Assembly: GCA_035510735.1 (NCBI GenBank)
Contig: DATKGN010000004.1
Location: 177,039-241,038 of the forward strand
DNA: 64,000 nt
Direction: 5' to 3'
Source: Patescibacteria group bacterium
Lineage (GTDB): Bacteria; Patescibacteriota; Microgenomatia; UBA10105; UBA927
Positions 19,769 to 29,446 of this stretch are shown piece after piece. Both the position numbers and the translations under genes were made by a program. The notes beneath the pieces were generated by a model. That model was not told the DNA's origin, did no database searches, and saw nothing but the letters and a program-made list of their open reading frames with translations. Within the stretch, counting starts at the first letter, position 1. Each line of letters begins with the position of its first letter.

Positions 19769-21313
19769 TTACGGATAGAATCGCGAGAACACTTCAATAA
19801 AAAGATCTGCAATTTTTCCGATTGCAACGCGATTTTCCGTCCCGACTGCGACACGGATAAATGGTTTTGTCGGAACACTTCGCAGAGCGGTGAGATAAAC
19901 GCGTGTGGTGTCGAGTCCAAAACTCGTTCCTGCGACGATTTGTATCTGTTTTTTCTTTGCAATTGTTATAACTGATTTAATGAACCGTTGGTAAGTTGGT
20001 ATAGTTTGATATTGTTTTTTCAATTCAATAGCGAGAAAACTTCCGTGAAATATCATATCTTTTGCCCAATCATATGATGGGTGATTTGTGAGCCCTGGGT
20101 ATGAGATTGAAGCAAATGGACCTTCAGGATGTAGATTAATCCACGATTGTAGACACGATGCGACGATTGAAGCATTGCGAGAATGTTTTAACAGTTTTCG
20201 ATGCAGGAGTTTTCGATTTGGACTTGGAAGCGACATCACAACTGAGTCAAGAATATTGGTACCGAGACGTTCACGATAATCAGAAAGCTTCGTACCGACT
20301 CCATAGCACCAAATAAGACCCGCCGTGACCCGATCCATACCGAATTGGTGGTATTTATTGAGGCTTTCAAAAACAATCAGGCGGACGGGGGAGCGTTTTC
20401 CGAAAACGTGCTTAAGCGGTTGGAGCATACACGTAAGGCAGGTGTTATCAATAATAAGGTATGTTTCCTCTTTCGCGTACTTGACTATAGCCGGAATGAT
20501 TACAGAAAGATCGGGGACTGAGACTCCTTCAGAGTTCGCTAGGCTATCAAAGAGAATAACGGAAGGCTTTATATTTTTAATGACGTTCAGAATTTTTGGC
20601 GTTTCAGATTCATTAACGGAAATTATTTGATCTGCAAAAGCCGTCGTGATAAGTGCTTTATTCTCAAACCAGGTGGAATTTCCAATAAGGACCTTTCTTT
20701 TAACCTTCTTTTCCAACAGCAGAAAGTTGAGAATGGTAGTGAACGCTGCCATGCCGCTTGAGGTTGCATACGCATATACAGGAAATTTAATCCAATTATC
20801 AACGTATTCCCTCACAAACGTCCGTTCGTAGCGAAACGCGTCTTCGTGGCGGTCCCGCTTGTAATCATTGATCGTTGCATAAATTGTGTTGGTTTGTCTA
20901 CCCGCTTGGGAGCGAAGCGAATGATCAAAGGACGGTGATTGCCAATCCGTGCTTGTTATTAAAGCCCCAAATAGGGCTTGGTGGGTTCGTAAGAATTCAC
21001 GGATCGATAGAATGCGCCCCGTTGATTCTACGACAAGTTCGTACGTCGGGGTACTGTTTAAGATTATTTTATATGATGCGTTAATTTGTTGGAGTTCTGT
21101 AGCACAAAGTTGAATATATTCCCGTGCGGCTGTTGCTTTGTCATTGTATGTCGAAAGAGAGATATACTTTCTTGTTTTTTTGATATCTCGCAGGAATTTA
21201 TTAAGACGGCTCATTGAGTCTATTACGAGGTAGCGTACTTCATCAAGGTCGTTTTTGCAGTCGTGGATTGCGACGGATAGCAGTTCATTATTCGTGGACG
21301 GTTCTTTTGTCAT
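19769..21313 (-). CDS. PLP-dependent enzyme, Cys/Met-metabolism (cystathionine gamma-synthase) family, with about 150-aa N-terminal extension
   Basis: ESLNKYHQFGMDRVTAGLI matches the S-x-T/N-K-Y...G-H/M-x-D...G PLP-lysine signature of the family. Confidence 0.55.
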   Translation of the reverse strand: MTKEPSTNNELLSVAIHDCKNDLDEVRYLVIDSMSRLNKFLRDIKKTRKYISLSTYNDKATAAREYIQLCATELQQINASYKIILNSTPTYELVVESTGRILSIREFLRTHQALFGALITSTDWQSPSFDHSLRSQAGRQTNTIYATINDYKRDRHEDAFRYERTFVREYVDNWIKFPVYAYATSSGMAAFTTILNFLLLEKKVKRKVLIGNSTWFENKALITTAFADQIISVNESETPKILNVIKNIKPSVILFDSLANSEGVSVPDLSVIIPAIVKYAKEETYLIIDNTCLTCMLQPLKHVFGKRSPVRLIVFESLNKYHQFGMDRVTAGLIWCYGVGTKLSDYRERLGTNILDSVVMSLPSPNRKLLHRKLLKHSRNASIVASCLQSWINLHPEGPFASISYPGLTNHPSYDWAKDMIFHGSFLAIELKKQYQTIPTYQRFIKSVITIAKKKQIQIVAGTSFGLDTTRVYLTALRSVPTKPFIRVAVGTENRVAIGKIADLFIEVFSRFYP

Positions 21314-21527
21314 GAGGATTTATTGCAGCGTGTATGGCAGTAACAATCTGCCTCATGATTATATCACCGTTATTCGTGGGTACGTCGGTACGCGTAGAGT
21401 TTTCCGAAAATTGTATTAATAATACTGTCTATTTTCAATTGTCTGTGTTTGAGTGCAAGAGCGGTGAGCATACTAATAATGTATATCGGTAGATTGTGCG
21501 AGAATTCCCGTGATATGATACAAGAGT

Positions 21528-23213
21528 ATGATTCTGCCCGATGATCAGCTTAAGACACTCCTCCTGCAAAGCAATATTCTTCCTCAGGAAAAGCTTGAAG
21601 AGATTGCCGAAAAATCAAAAGCCTCTCAAACAACGCTTGCGAACGGGCTCATTGACGCCGGAGTTCTGACGGACGAACAGATTGGTCAGGTCGTCGCCAG
21701 TAGCTTCAAAGTACCGTTTGTTGCGCTCTCAAAGACATCCATCTTCGAGGACGTTTTTCATATCATTCCTGAAAAAATCGCGCGGAAGCAAAAAACTGTG
21801 GTATTTGCCCGTGACGGTGAGGGTGTCAAAATTGCCATGGCGGAACCAAAAAACACGGATTTACTTGATATGGTAGTCAAAAAGACCAACCAGAAAGTTT
21901 CTGTGTATTACGCGACGGATAAAGATATTGATAATACCCTTCAAATTTATAAAAAAGTCCTCCAAAAAACGATTGACGAGTTATTAAAAGAGGATATTAA
22001 AAAAGCGACGACACTTGTCTCGGATGATTTGCCGATTGCAAAAATTGTTGACGTGCTTCTCGACGCTGCATATCAGGATAAAGCCTCAGATGTCCATATT
22101 GAGCCGGAGGAAAATAATTCGCTTATCCGGTTCCGTATAGACGGAGTACTTCACGACGTACTCCGGGTGCCGAAAGTTCTTCATGATCGTATTATGACAA
22201 GGATTAAAGTGCTCTCGAGCCTAAGAACCGACGAACATATGAGTGCACAAGACGGGAAAATGCGTATGGCGATGGATGAAGAGCAATTAGACATCCGCGT
22301 TTCTATCCTTCCGGTTTCAGAGGGAGAGAAGGCAGTGCTGAGGCTGTTATCCTCCCATTCGCGTGAATACTCATTATCCGATTTAGGTATGATTGAAGGC
22401 GATCTTTTGAAAGTGACTAATTCATATAATAAATCATACGGGATGATTTTATCTACCGGGCCGACCGGATCAGGAAAAACGACATCAATTTATGCCATAT
22501 TAAAAATTCTTAATACCCGGGAAAAGAATATTACAACGATTGAAGACCCTGTCGAATACCGTGTAAAAGGCGCAAGCCAGGTGCAGGTAAATGTGAAGAC
22601 GAACTTAACATTTGCCAACGGTCTTCGATCAATTTTACGTCAGGACCCGAATATAATCTTCGTCGGAGAGATCCGTGACAGCGAAACGGCAAGCATTGCC
22701 GTTAATGCCGCTTTAACCGGTCATTTGGTCCTCTCAACGCTTCATACAAATGATGCAGCAACAGCAATACCGCGGCTTACCGATATGGGCGTTGAGCCGT
22801 TTCTAGTCGCCTCTACAGTAAATCTCATAATTGCCCAACGGCTTCTGCGGAAAATCTGCGATTCATGCAAAACATCGGTAACCATGACGCAGAAAGAGAT
22901 TGAAAAGCATATTCCGCGGTCGGCGATACAAAAACATTTTGGCGCAGAACCCGTGTTAACGATCTATCAGGGAAAGGGCTGTAAAATGTGTCATCATACG
23001 GGATATCTCGGGCGATTGGGTGTGTTTGAAGTCCTTGAAGTATCAAAAGAAATACGGAAACTCATCTCTGAAAAGGCTGACGCAGATGAAATTAATAAAA
23101 AAGCGCAGGATGAAGGGATGAACACGATGCTTGATGACGGACTTGATAAAGTACTTAAAGGATTAACGACGATTGAAGAGGTGTTACGTGTGACGAAAGT
23201 GGAAACATTATGA
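21528..23213 (+). CDS. pilB: type IV pilus / T2SS assembly ATPase (GspE/PilB family)
   Basis: N-terminal GspII domain; Walker A GPTGSGKTTS; Asp and His boxes; C-terminal CxxC...CxxC zinc motif (CDSC...CKMC). Confidence 0.85.
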   Translation: MILPDDQLKTLLLQSNILPQEKLEEIAEKSKASQTTLANGLIDAGVLTDEQIGQVVASSFKVPFVALSKTSIFEDVFHIIPEKIARKQKTVVFARDGEGVKIAMAEPKNTDLLDMVVKKTNQKVSVYYATDKDIDNTLQIYKKVLQKTIDELLKEDIKKATTLVSDDLPIAKIVDVLLDAAYQDKASDVHIEPEENNSLIRFRIDGVLHDVLRVPKVLHDRIMTRIKVLSSLRTDEHMSAQDGKMRMAMDEEQLDIRVSILPVSEGEKAVLRLLSSHSREYSLSDLGMIEGDLLKVTNSYNKSYGMILSTGPTGSGKTTSIYAILKILNTREKNITTIEDPVEYRVKGASQVQVNVKTNLTFANGLRSILRQDPNIIFVGEIRDSETASIAVNAALTGHLVLSTLHTNDAATAIPRLTDMGVEPFLVASTVNLIIAQRLLRKICDSCKTSVTMTQKEIEKHIPRSAIQKHFGAEPVLTIYQGKGCKMCHHTGYLGRLGVFEVLEVSKEIRKLISEKADADEINKKAQDEGMNTMLDDGLDKVLKGLTTIEEVLRVTKVETL

Positions 23214-24262
23214 AAACAGATAACGTGACTCTTTCAAGCAGTGAAAAGTTAGGTCTTATTGGGAGTCTGGCAACCATGTTGACCGCAGGAATTCCTATTC
23301 TCGAAGTAGTTAATTCTCTCCGGGAGGACGCAAAAGGTAATCAGAAAAAAATTCTTGATACAATGATAGAAGATTTGATGCAGGGAAAGCATATTAACCT
23401 CACTCTGTCGAGATTTCCTGGAGTATTTGATAAGGTTACTGTCAACGTTATTAAAGCGTCGGAAGAGGCGGGGACGTTGGACGTTGCCCTTATTGATCTT
23501 AAGCAAACGATACAAAAAGAAATAGAGTTTAACGATAAAGTACGTTCTGCTCTCATCTACCCCGTATTCATTATTATGATATTTTTCGCCGTACTTCTTA
23601 TGATTCTTATTGTCGTTGTTCCGAAAATCAGCACCGTGTTTTCACGTTTACACGTTGTACTGCCGCTTCCGACAAGAATTATGATTTTTTTGTCTAATCT
23701 TATCCTCGATCATACACTCCTTGTTGTCGTATCCTCGATTATCGTTGTCGTCGGTGTGTATTTTTTATATAAACAACAAAAAGGTATTATTATGGAACTT
23801 CTTTTCCGGTTGCCGGTTGTTTCCAAGCTCGTCCAGGAGATTGATATAACAAGGTTTTCGCGGAGTCTCTATTTGTTACTATCATCGGGACTTCCTATTA
23901 CGGCGGCTCTTGAATTAACGAAGGATGTTGTGGTGCGGAGGAAAACTGCGCAGATTATCTCATCGTCGCGTGAGATGGTGTTTGCCGGTAAGCCCCTTTC
24001 AGAAGGTTTTCGTGCTGCAAAAGGATATATTCCTTCTATTATGATCAAACTCATGGAGGCAGGTGAAAAAACAGGATCGCTGGACCGTTCTATGCAGGAT
24101 GTTTCTGAATATTTCGACTATGAGGTAACCAATACCCTTAAGTTGTTAACCGCGCTACTTGAACCAATTCTTCTCGTTCTTGTCGGTGTGGTCGTTGGAG
24201 GTATGATGCTTTCGATAATCGGGCCTATTTATGGAATGATCGGTCAGGTCGGCGCGCATTGA
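23210..24262 (+). CDS. pilC: type II secretion system F family platform protein (PilC/GspF)
   Basis: Two GspF repeats and a 3-TM topology. ATGA overlap with pilB. Confidence 0.85.
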   Translation: MKTDNVTLSSSEKLGLIGSLATMLTAGIPILEVVNSLREDAKGNQKKILDTMIEDLMQGKHINLTLSRFPGVFDKVTVNVIKASEEAGTLDVALIDLKQTIQKEIEFNDKVRSALIYPVFIIMIFFAVLLMILIVVVPKISTVFSRLHVVLPLPTRIMIFLSNLILDHTLLVVVSSIIVVVGVYFLYKQQKGIIMELLFRLPVVSKLVQEIDITRFSRSLYLLLSSGLPITAALELTKDVVVRRKTAQIISSSREMVFAGKPLSEGFRAAKGYIPSIMIKLMEAGEKTGSLDRSMQDVSEYFDYEVTNTLKLLTALLEPILLVLVGVVVGGMMLSIIGPIYGMIGQVGAH

Positions 24263-24266
24263 TATT

Positions 24267-24746
24267 ATGAAACAACGCGGGTTCGTGTTTATGGAACTTA
24301 TTATCGTTTTTGCGGTGGTCGCCATACTTGCGAGTATTTCCGTCATCAATATATTCGGGTCAAAACGAAAGGCATCACTCACGGGGACTATAGATCCGCT
24401 TCTTGCTGATATCAAGAGCCAACAGACCAAAGCGATGGAAGGGTCCATCGCGAACGGAAGCGCTCAGGCTGCATTCGGAGTTCATTTTGCATCAAATCAA
24501 TACGTACTGTTTAACGGCGCTACGTATAACGGATCTGACAGTGCAAACGCCGTAGTTCCTCTTGATTCTCGTGTTACGTTCAGTACGATATCCTTGCCAA
24601 GTAATACTATTGTTTTCGCTTCGAAAAGTGGGGAGGTTGTAGGGTATGCGACGAATTCAAGTACCCTAACGGTAAAACAAATTGACAGCGGAGAAATTCA
24701 AACAATTAAGCTTAATCATTATGGTGTTATCACATCGGCTCAATAA
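24267..24746 (+). CDS. prepilin-type N-terminal cleavage/methylation domain protein (minor pilin)
   Basis: Class III signal KQRG|FVFMELIIV with Glu at +5. Confidence 0.7.
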   Translation: MKQRGFVFMELIIVFAVVAILASISVINIFGSKRKASLTGTIDPLLADIKSQQTKAMEGSIANGSAQAAFGVHFASNQYVLFNGATYNGSDSANAVVPLDSRVTFSTISLPSNTIVFASKSGEVVGYATNSSTLTVKQIDSGEIQTIKLNHYGVITSAQ

Positions 24747-27165
24747 CACGCGGTTTGGATCACGCGGTCAACTTCTCGTGGAGTTGCTCCTTGCTATGGC
24801 AATTTCGGCAATTATGCTTCCGGCGCTTCTTGTTGGACTCGTGGCATCGCGTCAGGGGAAAGCCCAACAAAGTGAACGTCTTGATGCCACGACACTCTCG
24901 AAAGAAGCATACGATATTATCCGTATTATCCGTGAGCAGGGCTGGTCGAATGTGTCAGCGGACGGTACCTATTACCCGGTTCTCAACGGGAATTCGTGGT
25001 CGCTTGCAACGGGGTCTGCGCAGGTTGGTGAGTTTACACGGTACCTAACGATAACGGATGTATACCGCAACGCGTCAACAGGCGCAATCGCAACGTCTGG
25101 TGGAGTACTTGACCCCTCGACGAAGAAAATCATTATCACCGTCATATGGAATTCTCCGATCGCTTCAAGCGTGAGCGCTACCTATTATCTCGCACGGACC
25201 GATAATGCAGTATTTACCCAAACCAGTTATGCGGATTTTAATGCTGGGACAAAGACGAACGTTCAGGTTGATAACCCAACTGATGGTCAGGTGCAGCTTT
25301 CCAATAACACGAAAGGACAATGGTGTAAGCCTTCATTTTCAAGCGCTACAATAACCCTTCCGGATGGGCCGCCCGTTGCGGTTGCTGCCTACGCCGATCC
25401 CAATACGACCAGTAATCCTAATAAAGTATTTGTTGCTGATTCTTCAACAGCTGCGACATCGACAAAATTGGCCTATTTGACGGTGACCGCAAATACCGAT
25501 CCGCCGGTGCCCACGCTTCAGGGGACGTTTACCATGGATTCATCTAAGTACAGTAATTCAAACCTTGTTCCTACAGGAACGGGTTTAGATAATTCATTTA
25601 TTACCAACCAAGTAAAGTATTATAAATCATCATCCGGCAAAACGTATGCGCTCCTTGCAACCACAAAGCCGGATAAAGAGATTATCGCAATTTTAGTCGA
25701 TGACGGCGATCCATCCAATGACAACACCAACAACGGTGAGTTTCAGGATCATGTCAATCACATCTATAAATACTGGACATTTTTTAATACGCGCATCTAT
25801 CAAGGCACGGGAACGCAGGATCAGGCGCCGTATGCCGGTGGGGCATCTTCCTTGGCAGTCTATCAAAATACAGGATATGTCACTTCGGGTGGATTCCTCT
25901 ATGTGTTTGATTTAAGTAATATTGACAGTAAGTCAGCTAGCAACGGGTTGGATATGGTTGGATGCCGAATAGAATTGGACGGAGATGACTGTAATGCCTC
26001 GACAAGTAAAGTCCGAAAATACGCGGCCGGGAATACCGGGACAAATTGGGGTTCTGAATCGGCAGGACAAACTGGTTGTATGGACGGCGGTAATACCGAA
26101 ATATATGCGGATAACGATATTTATCCTGTGCAGGTCGGTGGCAATACGTACGTTTATGTCGCCGTAGGAGCAGGAGTAGATCCTGAATTTAACATTGCGA
26201 ATGTTACCAGTGTTCCGACAGGAAGTTCAAATCCGACAATCAGCAATAGTAAATGCGGGACAATCGCAAATGGAAATGCAGCATGGAAACGGGTGAGTAG
26301 TTATGATTTCAACTCTGCTTCAAATACTCAGGAGACCGCAAATTCCGTGTTCGGAAGCGCGGATGGGACGCGTGCATTTATTTCGTCAAACGGCACGGTA
26401 GACGGTAATCACGACGGAAAGCCGGATAGCGATCAATTCTACGTTATCGATACGTCCGACAAAAATAATCCTAAATTTTTATCGGGAACACCCTCAACGG
26501 GGGCTCAGAGCGGGTATTACTTAGGAACGGGTGCAGATGTGCAGTTGTACCCGCGCCGGTCAGTCACAGTGTTTGGGGACTCCCGTGCGCTACTGGCTGG
26601 AATAGACGGCGTATCCGACAGCAATAATGCTGAAGAATACCAGGTACTCAATATCAGCAATCAATCGTCTCCGTCCTATTGCGGTGGCCTACAGTTTGAT
26701 CAGGGAATAAACGACATGACCTCAATTTCCGAAGCAGACGGCGACAAGTTTGTCTATATGATAGCCAATACCACGGTCAATGAATTGAAAATCATACAGG
26801 GGGGACCGGATGGAAATTATCTGGATAGCGGGACGTATGAATCAGCAATCATCAATATGAATGCGCCGGTGACGTTCAATCGTTTTGATGTTGATGAAAA
26901 TTTACCGGCAAATACGAGTATTCAGTACCAAGTTGCAATTGCTAATCCCGTCAGCGGGAGCTGCACGAATGCAAACTATGTATTTATTGGACCTGATGGA
27001 TCGAACAATACAAAATTCGCGACCGGTAGCGCCTTACCGCTTAATAACAGCGGAACGGGATATAGAAATCCCGGACAATGTCTCAAATACCGCGCATTTT
27101 TATCAACGACCAACTATAACGTGACTCCGACATTACTGGATATTACCTTTAATTTTTCTCCATGA
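24721..27165 (+). CDS. giant pilin-like protein (prepilin N-terminus plus about 750-aa Thr/Ser/Asn/Gly-rich C-terminal region)
   Basis: GSRG|QLLVELLLAMAI with Glu+5, then a large region of predicted beta-rich repeats. Start at ATG 24721 overlaps the preceding pilin gene. Confidence 0.6.
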   Translation: MVLSHRLNNTRFGSRGQLLVELLLAMAISAIMLPALLVGLVASRQGKAQQSERLDATTLSKEAYDIIRIIREQGWSNVSADGTYYPVLNGNSWSLATGSAQVGEFTRYLTITDVYRNASTGAIATSGGVLDPSTKKIIITVIWNSPIASSVSATYYLARTDNAVFTQTSYADFNAGTKTNVQVDNPTDGQVQLSNNTKGQWCKPSFSSATITLPDGPPVAVAAYADPNTTSNPNKVFVADSSTAATSTKLAYLTVTANTDPPVPTLQGTFTMDSSKYSNSNLVPTGTGLDNSFITNQVKYYKSSSGKTYALLATTKPDKEIIAILVDDGDPSNDNTNNGEFQDHVNHIYKYWTFFNTRIYQGTGTQDQAPYAGGASSLAVYQNTGYVTSGGFLYVFDLSNIDSKSASNGLDMVGCRIELDGDDCNASTSKVRKYAAGNTGTNWGSESAGQTGCMDGGNTEIYADNDIYPVQVGGNTYVYVAVGAGVDPEFNIANVTSVPTGSSNPTISNSKCGTIANGNAAWKRVSSYDFNSASNTQETANSVFGSADGTRAFISSNGTVDGNHDGKPDSDQFYVIDTSDKNNPKFLSGTPSTGAQSGYYLGTGADVQLYPRRSVTVFGDSRALLAGIDGVSDSNNAEEYQVLNISNQSSPSYCGGLQFDQGINDMTSISEADGDKFVYMIANTTVNELKIIQGGPDGNYLDSGTYESAIINMNAPVTFNRFDVDENLPANTSIQYQVAIANPVSGSCTNANYVFIGPDGSNNTKFATGSALPLNNSGTGYRNPGQCLKYRAFLSTTNYNVTPTLLDITFNFSP

Positions 27166-27647
27166 AACATAATCGCGGGTTTACGATTGTTGAACTCCTA
27201 ATTTATTCCGCCATTCTTGTCGCTTTTTTGTATATTATGACGAACATTTTTACGGAAACGCTTGATATGCAGCTTGAGTCGGAAACGGCAAGCGCGGTAA
27301 GCCAGGACAGCCGATATATTCTTTCAAGATTAAGTTACGATATTGCCCGTGCATCATCAATCACGCAGCCGGCATCACTTGGTCAACAGACAAGCTCGCT
27401 CGTCCTGCGGATTGGCCCCGCAACATATACATACGCATTATCAAACGGCAACCTATTACTCACGGACCCAATTGAGACGGGAGCGCTCAATAGTTACGGG
27501 TCAACGGTATCAAATCTCACGTTCCGCAGGTACGGGAACGTGAACGGAAAACCAAGCGTCCGTTTAACGTTCACACTCGCCAGCGTTGCACAACGAACGA
27601 GTGGCGCACAGTCAGAGGATTTTGAAGCAACGTATGGAACACGGTAA
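27162..27647 (+). CDS. prepilin-type N-terminal domain protein (minor pilin)
   Basis: MKHNRG|FTIVELLIYSAILVAF with Glu+5. ATGA overlap with the upstream gene. Confidence 0.7.
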   Translation: MKHNRGFTIVELLIYSAILVAFLYIMTNIFTETLDMQLESETASAVSQDSRYILSRLSYDIARASSITQPASLGQQTSSLVLRIGPATYTYALSNGNLLLTDPIETGALNSYGSTVSNLTFRRYGNVNGKPSVRLTFTLASVAQRTSGAQSEDFEATYGTR

Positions 27648-28032
27648 TCAAAAGAATACAGTTAGTCGATCTAATGGGCAGGCGCTTGTTGTATTATTGT
27701 TTTACATGATCATTGCTATTACCATTGCAACGACCGCGGTTGCTGTTGTTGTATCTAATTCGCTTTCAGTCACGAGAAGTGAAGACGGAATAGTCGCGAT
27801 GGATATCGCGGAAACGGGCGGTGAAAATGCCATCATCCGGCTTCTTCGTGATACGAATTATACCGGAGAAACATTAGCGATAGGGGACGGAAGCGCAGTC
27901 GCGACAGTAAGCGGTACGACAACAAAAACAATTACATCTATGGGTACTGTGAATGGTTCATCCAGAACGGTGCAAATTGTTGCAACCTTGACGAATGGTG
28001 TATTAACCGTGACGTCCTGGCAGGAATTATAA
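27634..28032 (+). CDS. pilin-like protein lacking Glu+5 (GspK/PilX-like minor pilin)
   Basis: SRSNG|QALVVLLFYMIIAITIATTAVAVVV hydrophobic N-terminus. Position +5 is Val. ORF opens at 27586. Confidence 0.5.
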   Translation: MEHGNQKNTVSRSNGQALVVLLFYMIIAITIATTAVAVVVSNSLSVTRSEDGIVAMDIAETGGENAIIRLLRDTNYTGETLAIGDGSAVATVSGTTTKTITSMGTVNGSSRTVQIVATLTNGVLTVTSWQEL

Positions 28033-28034
28033 TT

Positions 28035-28709
28035 ATGTTTAATCAAAAATATATTATTCTTTTTATAGATAGAAATCGTTTCTATCTCTGTAGCGGCGTG
28101 GTGTCAAATATCGCACTCCTTGATGTTCCTGAATCAATACTTCATGATCTGGAAATAATTCAGAAAGACGGATTTTATACACTTATTAAACAATGGGTAA
28201 AGGAATATGCGCTCATCGGCTCTCAACTTATTATCATTCTTTCAACGAGAACATATTTTGAAAAATTATTATTAACTGCTGAGCACGATCAAATAGAAAG
28301 CGATATTCTGAGATTTTTTGACACTGTTCCGTATGAGTCAATATGGACAAAAGTATATCCTGTAGATAAGGGAAAACGTGCGGTCGTACTCAATAAATCT
28401 CTTTATGAAGCGCTTTATCAGGGATTTGCCCTCCAGGGGGTAACAGAAAAGGCGATATTGCCGGAATTTGTCCTTGGGCCATTAGCAGGGAAGCAGACCT
28501 TGACTTCAGAAGCCGCAGAATATGTATTTAAAAACATTGATCTCCTCGCAAAACAAAGCCTGTTGGATATCCAGGAGAGTATCACTGCCTCTCAGCCGCC
28601 GAGAGATGAGACGGCTGTTCCTAAAAAGAAATCTAATCTTCAGGCCTTGTTGGGCGTTTTTGGTGTATTGATTCTCATATTAGCTATCTTACTTCTCACA
28701 CGACATTAA
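28035..28709 (+). CDS. hypothetical protein with C-terminal TM anchor, pilus-locus associated
   Basis: In the operon between the minor pilins and the major pilin. C-terminal TM LGVFGVLILILAILLL. No known motif. Confidence 0.4.
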   Translation: MFNQKYIILFIDRNRFYLCSGVVSNIALLDVPESILHDLEIIQKDGFYTLIKQWVKEYALIGSQLIIILSTRTYFEKLLLTAEHDQIESDILRFFDTVPYESIWTKVYPVDKGKRAVVLNKSLYEALYQGFALQGVTEKAILPEFVLGPLAGKQTLTSEAAEYVFKNIDLLAKQSLLDIQESITASQPPRDETAVPKKKSNLQALLGVFGVLILILAILLLTRH

Positions 28710-28763
28710 AAAATAGACTTACTACTTGACAAGGGGTGGTATCTCCTAGTACGGTTAAAGTAT

Positions 28764-29237
28764 ATGAAACACTATCTGCCTGTTGGGCGTCGGGGCTTTA
28801 CGCTCATCGAGTTACTTGTTGTCATCGGTATCTTGGCGGTACTTTTGGCAATTACATTGATCGCCATAAATCCTGCACGTCAATTTGCGCAGGCGAATAA
28901 TACCAAGCGTGCTAGTGATGTCAATGCGCTTTTGAACGCAATTGATCAGTACGCTGCGGACAATAAAGGTGCGCTTCCAGCTGGAATTGACACCACGGTG
29001 AAGAATATTAGCGACACCGGTGCCAATATTTGTGATGCTTTAATCACAAAATACCTGGCTGCGCTTCCGGTCGATCCATTAACAAGTAATGGAACGCCGA
29101 TATCACAGGTGAGCGGCGCATGTCCGACACCGTATGATACAAATTATACGGTCATCAAGAGCGCGAATGATAACCGCATAACCGTATCAGCTCCGGCGAC
29201 AGAGCTTGGAGTAGCGGCAATCTCGGTGACGAGATAA
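28764..29237 (+). CDS. pilA: type IV major pilin (PilA-like)
   Basis: Canonical RRG|FTLIELLVVIGILAVLLAI N-terminus with Glu+5. Followed by a strong intrinsic terminator. Confidence 0.75.
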   Translation: MKHYLPVGRRGFTLIELLVVIGILAVLLAITLIAINPARQFAQANNTKRASDVNALLNAIDQYAADNKGALPAGIDTTVKNISDTGANICDALITKYLAALPVDPLTSNGTPISQVSGACPTPYDTNYTVIKSANDNRITVSAPATELGVAAISVTR

Positions 29238-29262
29238 CAGAGAAGATTAGAGTATAAAACAA

Positions 29263-29287
29263 AAGCCCCGCGAAAGCGGGGTTTTTG
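29263..29287 (+). terminator. rho-independent terminator after pilA
   Basis: GCCCCGC-GAAA-GCGGGGC stem-loop followed by TTTTT. Confidence 0.7.
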
Positions 29288-29446
29288 GTGGCTTCACGAG
29301 ATTGCACGATACTATTTGGATCAGATATCGTGCGATTGAAGCAGCCGTGAGGGGTCTTATGTATTACGATAGTATGCTCGTTGTCCAATTGTTCGTATTG
29401 TTTAGGGGACTTCGACAGGAACTCTTTGGTTTACTCCTCAAATAGA

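Noticed and set aside
29290-29345. Imperfect inverted repeat (GATTGCACGATA ... TATCGTGCGATTGAAGC) between convergent pilA and uppP
   Set aside because: Mismatched arms and no U-run. Most likely a weak bidirectional terminator remnant. No evidence for a distinct element.
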